From Eledone cirrhosa (Eukaryota): 64,000 nucleotides of DNA. The notes beneath the pieces were generated by a model. That model was not told the origin of the DNA and searched no databases. It worked only from the letters and a program-made list of their open reading frames with translations. The stretch's first letter is position 1; every line of letters starts with the position of its first letter. The stretch is from contig CAXHJY010000725.1 in NCBI GenBank assembly GCA_964016885.1, positions 1-64,000 of the forward strand, in the 5' to 3' direction. This document shows, one piece after another, positions 53,675 to 64,000 of this stretch. The translations under genes and the position numbers were made by a program.

Positions 53675-54710
53675 GGGGTAGTGTAGTGGTGGTGGTGGTG
53701 TAGTGTGGTGGTGTGGTGGTGTAATGGTGTGGTGGTGGAGTGTGGTGGTATGATGGTGGTGGTGTGTGGTGTGGTAGTGGTGGTGTGGTGGTGGAGTGTG
53801 GTGTGGTGGTGGAGTGTGTTGTAGTGTTGTGGTGGAGTGTGGTGTAGTGTGGTGGTGCTGTGGTATGGTGGTGGTGTGATGGTGTCGTGGTGGAGTGTGC
53901 TGTGGTGGTGGTGTGATGGTGTGGTGGTGGAGTGTGGTGTAGTGTGGTGGTGTTGTGTAGTGTGGTATAGTGTAGTAGTGGTGTGTGTTGTGGTGGTGTC
54001 TGGTGGAGTGTGGTGTGGTGGTGTAGTGTGGTGTAGTGTGGTGGTGGTGTTGGTGTGGTGGTGGTGTGGTGGTGGTGTGTGGTGGTGTAGTGCGGTGGTG
54101 GAGTGTGGTGGAGTGTGGTGGTGTAGTGTGGTGGTGTGATGGTGTGGTGTCTGGTGGTGTGGTGGTGTGGTGGTGTAGTGGAGTGGTGAAGTGATCGAGT
54201 GGTGGTGTGTGGAGTGGTGGTGTTGTTCTGGTGTGCTGGAATTGTGGAGTCAACGTTCTTCTTCTTCTACTACTACTTCTTCTTCTTCTTCCTTCCTATT
54301 CTCCTCCTCCACTTCATTGTCCTTCTCCTCATATCCCCCCTATCCCCTTTCTCTCCACACCCCTCCTCCCTACTTCTCCCCGTCCTCCACCACCACCACA
54401 TCCACCACCACCACCACTACCACCACCACCACCACCAACACCGCTACCATCACCACCACCACCGCATCCACCACCCCTACCAACACCGCCGCCACCACCA
54501 CCGCTACCGCCGCCGCCACCACCACCACCACCACCACCACCACCACCACATCCACCACCACCACCACCACCACCACCACCACCACCACCACCACCACCAC
54601 CGCTACCACCACCACCAGATCCACCACCACCACCAACACCGCTACCACCACCACCACCACCACCACCACCACCACCACCACCACCGCCACCACCACCACC
54701 ACCACCACCA
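53675..54710. repeat. Degenerate (GGT/GTG)n tract followed by (CCA)n tract
   Basis: Seen directly. Confidence 0.95.
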
Positions 54711-55504
54711 TAATAAAGTCAGTTAGAAGAGGTGGAGTAATGACCATGACCTTTTTTTTTTTAAAGACACTCCTAGACTGTTGAGATTAATGTGGTTGAT
54801 ATTATTCAGTATGAACTTCTGTAGGGTGAGGGTGGGGGAGTTTCTTTGGGGGTGAAGAAAATATAAGCTGGGGCTGGGTCTTCCAGAGATGGTGCTCTTC
54901 ATGGTAGTTTATGATTGGGTGAAATATTTTAGCATCGAGTAAAGGTAAAGGATAAAGACCTCCTTCAGTCCCGAATCACAATAGGATTTGCACCTAGAAA
55001 GTTTTTCCTTCTGGGGCACACATCCAGGTAAGGTTTGTTTGTGGTAGACCAGCAGTCGCCCATGCACTCCAGTCTCTCCTCTCCACTGATGTTGTCTAAG
55101 GGAAAGGCAAAGACTGATACTGCTTGGCACTAGTGACATTGCATCTCATTTCTACAGCTGAGTGAACTGGAGCAGCATGAAAATAAAGTGTCTTGATATT
55201 GCCTTGCTCCAGGGATGTATAAACAAAAATTGTAAGTGAGACTGAAGAGTGAAGGTATGCTTCTATCTAGTGTGTTCACAGGAGAAAAGTATGGGCTATT
55301 ATAATGGTGGTATGTAAAACGTAGTGTGAACTAGTAGGTGCAGTGTTTTGAAGTTTAAGTTGGCTGTTTTTGTGTAGCACCAACACCAACACCATCTCCA
55401 GCACCAGCACCAGCTCTGACACAAAGATGTGAATAATACTCCATTGCAGTAAATTGGCAGAATCATTTGGGTGGTGGATTAAATGTTTCAGTATTCTTTT
55501 TTTT

Positions 55505-55680
55505 TTGCTCCAGTATACATTCAGCTGAAAATAAGTACCAGCTATAGCTGGGTGGGAGTTTAACCCTGCGATTGACTGGCGTCCTGTCTAGGGGAGAGTC
55601 TTGTACTCTCAGTTACTTCACACCATGGAAACCAGGATACGTACCTCCGGGCTGATGAGATCTCTGAGCTCGAGACAGAT
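55505..55680 (+). mobile_element. SINE fragment with V-domain-like core
   Basis: aaccctgcgattgactggcgtcctgtctagggg resembles the V-SINE conserved domain. Confidence 0.6.
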
Positions 55681-56163
55681 TTTAACTTTTTTAACTAACT
55701 GTGCTTGAGTTCAAATCCTGCTGAGGTCAACTTTGCCTTTCATCCTTTTGAGAAGCTGATAAATAAAGTTCAATACTGGTGTAGATTTTTCATCTCTCTC
55801 CCTCTCTCACCCCTATATACCCCTCTCCCCCTATCTCCCCATCTCCCTCCCCTTGTCTCCCCCCTCCCCACCCCTTTCTCTCTCTTACTTTCTCTCTATC
55901 TTTTCTCTGGAAGAAATTGATAGTATCCTGACAGGGAGAGGAATGAACTCCACCAGGTTTAAAATACTCAAGTCATGCTGAGTTTCAGAACAGTACCCCT
56001 ATATCTCCACCAGGAGTAGAGGAGGTCCTCTACTTGTCTTTACATGAGCTATCAAGGAATTCCAGTTTGTGTTTTAAATTGTTTTAAAGAAATTTTTTAT
56101 AATGAAATAAATAGTTTTGAAAAAAAAACAAGACAAAACATTGGATATAATTTTAGCAGCTCT

Positions 56164-56305
56164 GAGTGGGTGCTGAAAAGTTCCTGGCTTTGGGTAAAAA
56201 AAATACAGCAGATTTAGTTAAAAGAAAATACAGGAGGATAAGTTAATTATGATTTTATTCAACATATTCCCCTCTCAGATTTAATCATTTATTGCAGTGG
56301 TCCTA
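56164..56305. mobile_element. Probable mariner-type transposon end fragment, followed by 54-bp tandem repeats to 56420
   Basis: gggtgctgaaaagttcctggc and ttttattcaacatattcccct resemble mariner termini; no partner TIR seen. Confidence 0.4.
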
Positions 56306-56786
56306 CTTCCCCTGCAAAGGTAACTGTCATGTAACAGTATTGTAGCGGTCCTACCTCCCCTGTAAAGGTAACAGTCATGTAACAGTATTGTAGCGGTCCT
56401 ACCTCCCCTGTAAAGGTAACATCCACTTTATTACTTTACTGGTATTCGGTAAAATTTACCTCAGTGGGGATTTTAACTCAGAATATAAAGGGATGTAACT
56501 CAATGCTGCCAAGCATTTTGTCGTTTGCTCAAATGATTCTGTCAATCTGCCACCCTCTTAAGTAATGGGAATTGATATCCCTACATAAAGAGGATACCTG
56601 TTTTATAATGGGCGGCATTTCCAGATGATTTGATACATACCTATGTCTTTCCTGACAGACAATTTAGGTAAATAGAAGCAATGTATATTTAGCGTTCTGC
56701 TCTCAAATATCTGTTAGTTGTTTTCTTCTGTAATTTATGAATTTATGTATGTATGTATATCTTCCTTCTCCTCCCCCTCCTCCTCC

Positions 56787-56860
<74 letters not shown>

Positions 56861-57191
56861 TCATCATCAACATTATCACCACCAATGCCATCACCAAAAC
56901 TACCACCGCCACCACCACCACCACCACCACTACCACTGTCATCATCATCATCACCACAATCATCCTCATCATCATCGTCATCCCCATCATCATCATCATC
57001 ATCATCATCATTCCTACCATCATCCAATTCTCATCACCATCATCATCCCCATCAGCATCATCATGCACTTCTTGTATGATCACAAAGGATAAAGTTGAAA
57101 ATCACAAGAAAAGTGTTCTGCATAAAATGTAGCAAGTTATAGGAGTTCTCTCCCATGCTTGCATCTCATTATCTCATTGTCCATTATCTGA

Positions 57192-57368
57192 AGGTGGATT
57201 GGCAGTATCGGACGCCATGCTTTGCAGCACAGTTACGTCCCTTTACGGACTGAGTTCAAATCCCGCCGAGGTTAACTTTGCCTTTCATCCTTACGGGGTC
57301 GATAAAATAAAGTACCAGTAATACACTGGGATAATTGCTGGTCTTGTGCCAAAAGTAGAAACAATTAT
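57192..57368 (+). mobile_element. Well-preserved Nin-domain-like SINE
   Basis: gagttcaaatcccgccgaggttaactttgcctttcatccttacggggtcgataaaataaagtaccag. Confidence 0.85.
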
Positions 57369-57460
57369 CTCATTATCTGAACAAGGTTTTGGTCTTGGTC
57401 TTGAAATTGTGAGAAGAATCACAGTTGCCACCTGCCACATTCAGTTAGGAAAACAATTTG

Positions 57461-57491
<31 letters not shown>

Positions 57492-57692
57492 GTCTATAAC
57501 TATATCATCATCATTATCTATTAACATCTATCTTCCATGCTAGCATGGTTTAGGCGGGTTTGTCCCATTTAGAGGCAAGTTGGGTCGGGTGACCGTGTCT
57601 TGTTCATATAAGATAATTTCTGGCCGGTTTTCTATGGCTGGATGCCCATCCTAATGCCAACAAGTTAACAGTGTGTGGATATATATATATCA

Positions 57693-57777
<85 letters not shown>

Positions 57778-57778
57778 C

Positions 57779-58797
57779 TGAAATTAGAAATATAAGCTTT
57801 CACCCTATTTTTTACTAAAGAAATCTTTTAGCCTGATAGTGGGGTTTAGAACCCTCAGAAGAATGGAAAACGATGAGTATTGACGTACATGGGAGGCGAA
57901 CCGACATCTTTGGTTATCCAGACCACTGTGCTACCATTGCACCAAAACATCACCCATCTCCTTCCATTCAAATTAGAAGCTTCATTCTTAGCAAGTAAAT
58001 GACAAGTAAGTATGTTTTGTAACAGTGAGCGAGTTTGAAATTAGAAATAGAAGCTTTCACCCTATTTTTTACTAAAGAAATCTTTTAGCCTGATAACGGG
58101 GTTTAGAACCCTCAGAAGAATGGAAAACGATGAGTATTGACGTACATGGGAGGCGAACCGACATCTTTGGTTATCCAGACCACTGTGCTACCATTGCACC
58201 AAAACATCACCCATCTCCTTCCATTCAAATTAGAAGCTTCATTTTTAGCAAGTAAATGACAAGTAAGTATGTTTTGAAACAGTGAGCGAGTTTGAAATTA
58301 GAAATATAAGCTTTCACCGTATTTTTTAATAAAGACATTCTTTAGCCTGATAATGAGGTTTAGAACCCTCAGAGAAATGGAAAGAGATGAGTATTGACGT
58401 ACATGGGAGTCGAACCCTCATCTTTGGTTATCTTGCTAAGAATGTAGCGTATCATTTGAATGGAAGGAGATGGGTGATGTGTTGGTGTAATGGTAGCACA
58501 GTTGGCTGGATAACCAAAGATGTGGGTTCGACTCCCATGTACGTCAATACTCATCTTTTTCCATTTCTCTGAGGGTTCTAAACCCCGTTATCAGGCTAAA
58601 AAATTTCTTTAGTCAAATATACGATGAAAGCTTATATTTCTAATTTGAAACTCGCTCACTGTTACAAAACATACTTACTTGTCATTTACTTGCTAAGAAT
58701 ATAGCTTCTAATTTGAATGGAAGGAGGTGGGTGATGTGTTGGTGTAATGGTAGCACAGTGGTCTGGATAACCAAAATTGTAGGATCGACTGTTTCAA
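57779..58797. repeat. 257-bp tandem repeat (about 2.5 units) followed by inverted units (about 1.4), flanked by (TA)n
   Basis: Units start at 57779, 58036 and 58293; orientation flips at ~58432. Confidence 0.9.
58476..58546 (+). tRNA. tRNA-like cloverleaf / pseudo-tRNA (GGA at anticodon position); minus-strand copies 57881-57951 and 58138-58208
   Basis: Acceptor gatgtgt/gtacgtc, D arm tggtgtaatggtagcac, T arm gtggg-ttcgact-cccat, T5 run ~10 nt downstream. Confidence 0.55.
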
Positions 58798-58823
58798 AAC
58801 ATATTGACATATATATGTATGTA

Positions 58824-58925
<102 letters not shown>

Positions 58926-58996
58926 TACATATACATACATATGTACATATATATATAAATACATATATATACATATATGTATTTATATACTTTATG

Positions 58997-59055
<59 letters not shown>

Positions 59056-59130
59056 TATATATACATATAATATACATATATATACATATATACATATATA
59101 TATATATATAGATATATAAAACATACACAC

Positions 59131-59163
<33 letters not shown>

Positions 59164-59199
59164 TAAATACATATATATACATATATGTATTTATATACA

Positions 59200-59510
59200 T
59201 ATTCACGTGACAGTCATCAACCAACTAAATTAATTTTCTAAAAATACCTAGTATTTCCAGCCTTTTTTCCACATAAAACAGAAGTAACATTCGAACACCA
59301 ACCTGATGCGAGAAAAATCACAAACCTTCATCTCAATTCTACTTTTGAAAAGCATAACAACTGCGAAACCGGTAAAGGAATCAAATAAATATTCTTAAAA
59401 AGACTCCAGTTGCATTTTCGATTTCATCTTTTTTCCTTATATATATATATTTTCGATTTCATCTTTTTTCCTTATATATATATTTTCGATTTCATCTTTT
59501 TTTCTTATAT
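59200..59510 (+). mobile_element. (TA)n-anchored element with triplicated 3' end (family also as palindrome 62885-63003)
   Basis: ttttcgatttcatcttttttccttatata occurs three times. Confidence 0.6.
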
Positions 59511-59819
59511 ATACTATATATATATATGGTAGATATCTGTGTAACTATAGTTATAGGTGATTCGTCAGTTAAAGCACTCAATGCTGTTATGTGGTTCTGT
59601 CTTTTGTAGGGTTTATACTATGTACATATACATACATAGTATAGTATGGTCCTGTAACTCCTGATACAGTCGTAAGGACGCTGTATTGACATACAGCATT
59701 TCTTGGGCATTTTAAGCCTGCAGAGCCCCATCTCTCTCTCCAGGCCTGAACACAGCAGGTCTCTTCCAGAGAAAGATGGAAAGTGAGAGAGAGGAAATGA
59801 GAAAGAGATATAGAGGAAG

Positions 59820-59960
59820 AATCGACCCCCAGTACTTTTTTTATCTACCTTGAAAGCATGAAAGTCAAAGTAGATGTTTTGCGAGATTTGAACTGAGAGC
59901 CAGGACAAATATTAAAAAGCATTCTATCTGATATGCTCACGACTCTGCCAATTCACTGCC
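59820..59960 (-). mobile_element. Decayed Nin-domain-like SINE
   Basis: Similar to other copies (atttgaactgaga, ctctgccaattcac). Confidence 0.55.
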
Positions 59961-59978
59961 ATACTGTGTGTATATATA

Positions 59979-60118
<140 letters not shown>

Positions 60119-60141
60119 TATTCACCGCCATATATATATAT

Positions 60142-60217
<76 letters not shown>

Positions 60218-61099
60218 ACTAGAAATAGATTGACATATATATATATAAATAAACATATGGAACAATCACAGGGAACAATTTGTAACGAATGTAAGCACAC
60301 ATAGCTAGGTAGGTAACCAATTAAAGTTAACTAGAACTTCAAACCTTTTAAAATGATTAATCTCTTTTGTATATATTTCTTTTAAGTAAAAATATATTTC
60401 ACCAATTAATCAGTAGATCACAGTAGTCAAATCCTGGATGGTCACCAAAGGAGAAGAAAATAATTATCTACGTTTACGAAGCAAATGCAAATCTGTGAAT
60501 GACTCGAACCACGTGTTGCATTTAAAAAAAATATACACATCGCACAGAGTCATCCCAGTGGTGCGAGTAGGATTATCGACAGCTAGAAATAGCAGCCGAG
60601 TCCATTCAACTGAGTTAGCTCTACAATTAAGGGGCCGTATATATATGCAAAATTAAATTTAATTTTATATTTATATATATATATATATAGCGAGAGAGAG
60701 AGAGAGAGAGAGATAGATAGATATATATATAGATAGATAGATAGATAAAAAATGCATAAAATAATATACTTAAAATAACAACATGGCCAGTGATTCGTCG
60801 GAATTTACATTTAACAAACAAACAAACACCTATTGACTATAAACGACTTAAAATAATTCCATGGTTAATAGCTGTAAGTAACAAACAACACATGCACATA
60901 AATACGAACTACAACACAGACACACTTAAATGAAAATCACATACCGAACTCTATCTAGTGCTTTGCATTACACCTTACATAACAAATACTTACATTATCA
61001 CCACATTCCTCTCTAACAAATTGCACACTATCTTAAACATTTATAACAATTATAACATGCTTTAACACCACACACAAAATATGTTTATTTCAACTGCAT

Positions 61100-61340
61100 T
61101 ATAACTCTTTCCTCAAACATGCCTATTGACTGTATTGACTCCTGCATTGTACACCAATTGTCCTTGCTTATAACTTCTTTGCTTGTGATTTTTTTGCTTG
61201 TGCTTTTTACTTTTACATATACCTCTTACACTTCCAACTAGTGCTGCCTGTAATTGTGTTATTTCAAGGAGAACATCCTTTAACTCCTGACTCCCCACAT
61301 GATGCCTTTGACACTAATAACAATTATGTACCCTAAATGT
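61100..61340 (-). mobile_element. Possible 3' remnant of a restriction-like-endonuclease (R4/Dong-type) LINE
   Basis: ITQLQAALVGSVRGI resembles the terminal LQKAALLG motif; weak. Confidence 0.3.
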
Positions 61341-61383
61341 TCTAAATGACTAGGAGTTTAGTTACATGTTTCGACATTCCTTA

Positions 61384-61430
61384 TGCTCCGATGATTCCAG
61401 ACTGCCCTATGGAAGAAACAATAGTCATCA
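61384..61430 (+). ncRNA. Decayed CCGAUGA-variant hammerhead
   Basis: Homologous to 3115-3161. Confidence 0.5.
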
Positions 61431-61559
61431 AATAAATGTTATAAACTAAAATTTGATCGTTTTGACACTTTGTATATATATATATATATATAGAAAAATG
61501 TGTGAGATCCTTGGTACAGTTAGGTATATTTGAAAAAAAAGGAAAAGAATGACTATATG

Positions 61560-61837
61560 TATAGTTAAATATTAGACAGGAACAAAAACAGAGAGGCAGT
61601 ACAAATAGTAGTTTATTAGGTTCACGCTTTTATTTGAAAAAAAGGAAAAGAATTACTTCACTTGTAGTGTTAAAAAATTTGATTTAATTTTATAATATTA
61701 AAATATTATAAAATTAAATCAAATTTTTTAACACTACAAGTGAAGTAATTCTTTTCCTTTTTTTCAAATAAAAGCGTGAACCTAATAAACTACTATTTGT
61801 ACTGCCTCTCTGTTTTTGTTCCTGTCTAATATTTAAC

Positions 61838-61842
<5 letters not shown>
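61560..61842. repeat. Near-perfect ~280-bp palindrome
   Basis: Arms of ~140 bp centred at tataatattaaaatattata (~61700). Confidence 0.92.
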
Positions 61843-61910
<68 letters not shown>

Positions 61911-62030
61911 ATATATATATGTATATACATACATATATATATATATGTATATACATACATATATATATATATACATGCATATATATATATACATACATTA
62001 TACATACATTATATATATATACATTATATA

Positions 62031-62068
<38 letters not shown>

Positions 62069-62527
62069 TATATACAGACACACACACATCACATACACTG
62101 ACACACACACATATACACATACACTCAAGCACCCACATCAAATGGGCACATATATATATATATGTTAACATTTGTATATATTTTCAGTTAAGAACTTAGC
62201 CAATGTTTACTGGAACTATTTACTCATACTCAACTGTAATTAAATAAATAATATATATATATTTATACAGAGATAGTGTCAGTAAGTTTGATAGATAAAC
62301 AAATGAAGTGTGACGTTGCAGACTGGGTGTAATGTTTTGGTGAAATCAAAGTAAGAAGCATTAAATAGCCAGACAGATGGATTGATAGACAAATACCTAG
62401 ATAGTTAGGTAGATAGATAGGCAGTCAGCTATTCTAACATAGATACAGATGATACTGAGAGATAGATAGATAGATATGGGTGGATGAATGGATGGAGAGT
62501 GGGAGGGATGGATAGAGAGAAAGAAAA

Positions 62528-62601
<74 letters not shown>

Positions 62602-62734
62602 CTCTTTCTTAATTTAATATATATATATATATATATGAAAAGAGAGAAAAAGAGAGGGAGAGCGAGAGCGAGAGAGAAAAAGAGAGAGAGAGAGAGAGAT
62701 TTCATAGAGCATTTTTTTAATTGAGAAACATAAT

Positions 62735-62828
<94 letters not shown>

Positions 62829-63001
62829 GTGAGGTTTTTTTTACAAAATGAAAAATAACCGAGGTGTCCTACACGAGTGGAAGTATAAAGAAAAAGGGAT
62901 GAAATCGAAAATGCAACTGAAGTCTTATTTTTTTTTAAATATATATATTTAAAAAAAAATAAGACTTCAGTTGCATTTTCGATTTCATCCCTTTTTCTTT
63001 A

Positions 63002-63083
<82 letters not shown>

Positions 63084-63147
63084 TGTCAGAAGGCTCTGAT
63101 ACCATCAACACTATAAACACAGAGCTGGCATATCTAAGAACTGACTA

Positions 63148-63203
63148 ACTGCCTGATGAGGTCATAGCCATTCAATGGCTATCATCGAAATATATATAGC
63201 AGT
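63148..63203 (+). ncRNA. Type I hammerhead ribozyme in a short microsatellite-flanked element (63085-63250)
   Basis: actgc-ctgatga-ggtc atagcca ttcaa tggctat catc-gaaa-tatata-ta-gcagt. Confidence 0.85.
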
Positions 63204-63244
63204 AAATAAAGGATTATGTGTTCATGCAATTGACTTATGTTTCG

Positions 63245-63293
<49 letters not shown>

Positions 63294-63301
63294 GTTTACA
63301 C

Positions 63302-63332
<31 letters not shown>

Positions 63333-63394
63333 CGTGTTTTGCAACGAGTCACTTTGTGGCTCAATGAAAAGTTAATAAATTAAATAATCAGAGC

Positions 63395-63742
63395 TATATA
63401 TCATAAAACATGTCTATAGAATCACCAGATAAATATATACCATTTCCTCTCCCAATTAGCATAATTAACCATATAAAAAATCGAATAGACCAAGCTATAA
63501 GAATAAAGGCTTCTATGAAGAAATCTCCAACAAATAACCGAAACCAGCCCTTCGCGCCGGCTGCGACGGAATATTTATCGAATATTTCGACAGAGTAATC
63601 GTCCAGATATACAGTCAATTAAACAGAATTAGGTGTAAAATAAACTAGGAGAAAAGTGAACACATTTAGTTACCTTAATTATGCTTATTGGGAGAGGAAA
63701 TGGTATATATTTTATCTGGTGATTCTATAGACATGTTTTATG

Positions 63743-63750
<8 letters not shown>
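63395..63750. mobile_element. Element with ~75-bp terminal inverted repeats ending in TA
   Basis: tatatatcataaaacatgtctatagaatcaccagataaatatataccatttcctctcccaat mirrored at 63675-63750. Confidence 0.7.
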
Positions 63751-63797
<47 letters not shown>

Positions 63798-64000
63798 TAA
63801 AAAAATAATGAATAAAACAATGAAACAGTTCCTTATATTAAACAAAAAAAGTTCATTATTTAACGATCGTTTCTAGGATATATATGTGTTAGAATTGGCA
63901 TGCATATTCAACAGATCTATGTACAAAATTATACAAAATTATACAAACTATCAAAATTAAATATACATACCAAACACATATATATGCCGTCTTCAGAAAT

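Noticed and set aside
53657-54784. Poly-Pro/His/Thr/Val ORFs (also 18029, 20284-20679, 32378-32959, 56718-57132)
   Set aside because: Trinucleotide tracts open in several frames on both strands; no splice or domain evidence.
55625-55680. gaaac...ctgatga resembling a hammerhead
   Set aside because: Part of a SINE conserved domain; required helices could not be formed.
59300-59378. cctgatgcg...cgaaaccggta as a hammerhead
   Set aside because: Core mutated and helices I/II not convincing; at best a decayed remnant.

Overview
AT-rich, microsatellite-saturated eukaryotic repeat region. The SINE/LINE inventory resembles a coleoid cephalopod (octopus-like) genome, which is an inference. I found no convincing host protein-coding exon. 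Contents: (1) a 16-kb head-to-tail array (37.4-53.3 kb) of eight same-orientation Tx1/L1-clade retrotransposon copies, each in a (GATA)n run. Several have visible 18-22 bp target-site duplications (TSDs) and one is near-intact (ORF1 + APE-RT ORF2). (2) Two decayed Neptune-type Penelope-like element (PLE) ORFs plus many short (TA)n-anchored tandem or fold-back repeats. These carry about 16 hammerhead ribozyme motifs, some with core variants, and two elements start exactly at the predicted cleavage site. (3) A four-copy repeat family whose 3' end folds into a hammerhead core with strands in non-circularly permuted (pseudoknotted) order, supported by covariation; this is the top candidate. (4) RTE LINE remnants with a PHD-like finger, tRNA-derived SINEs, a TTAA MITE, minisatellites and a 257-bp tandem/inverted unit with a tRNA-like cloverleaf. 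All folds and coordinates were derived by eye and need computational confirmation.
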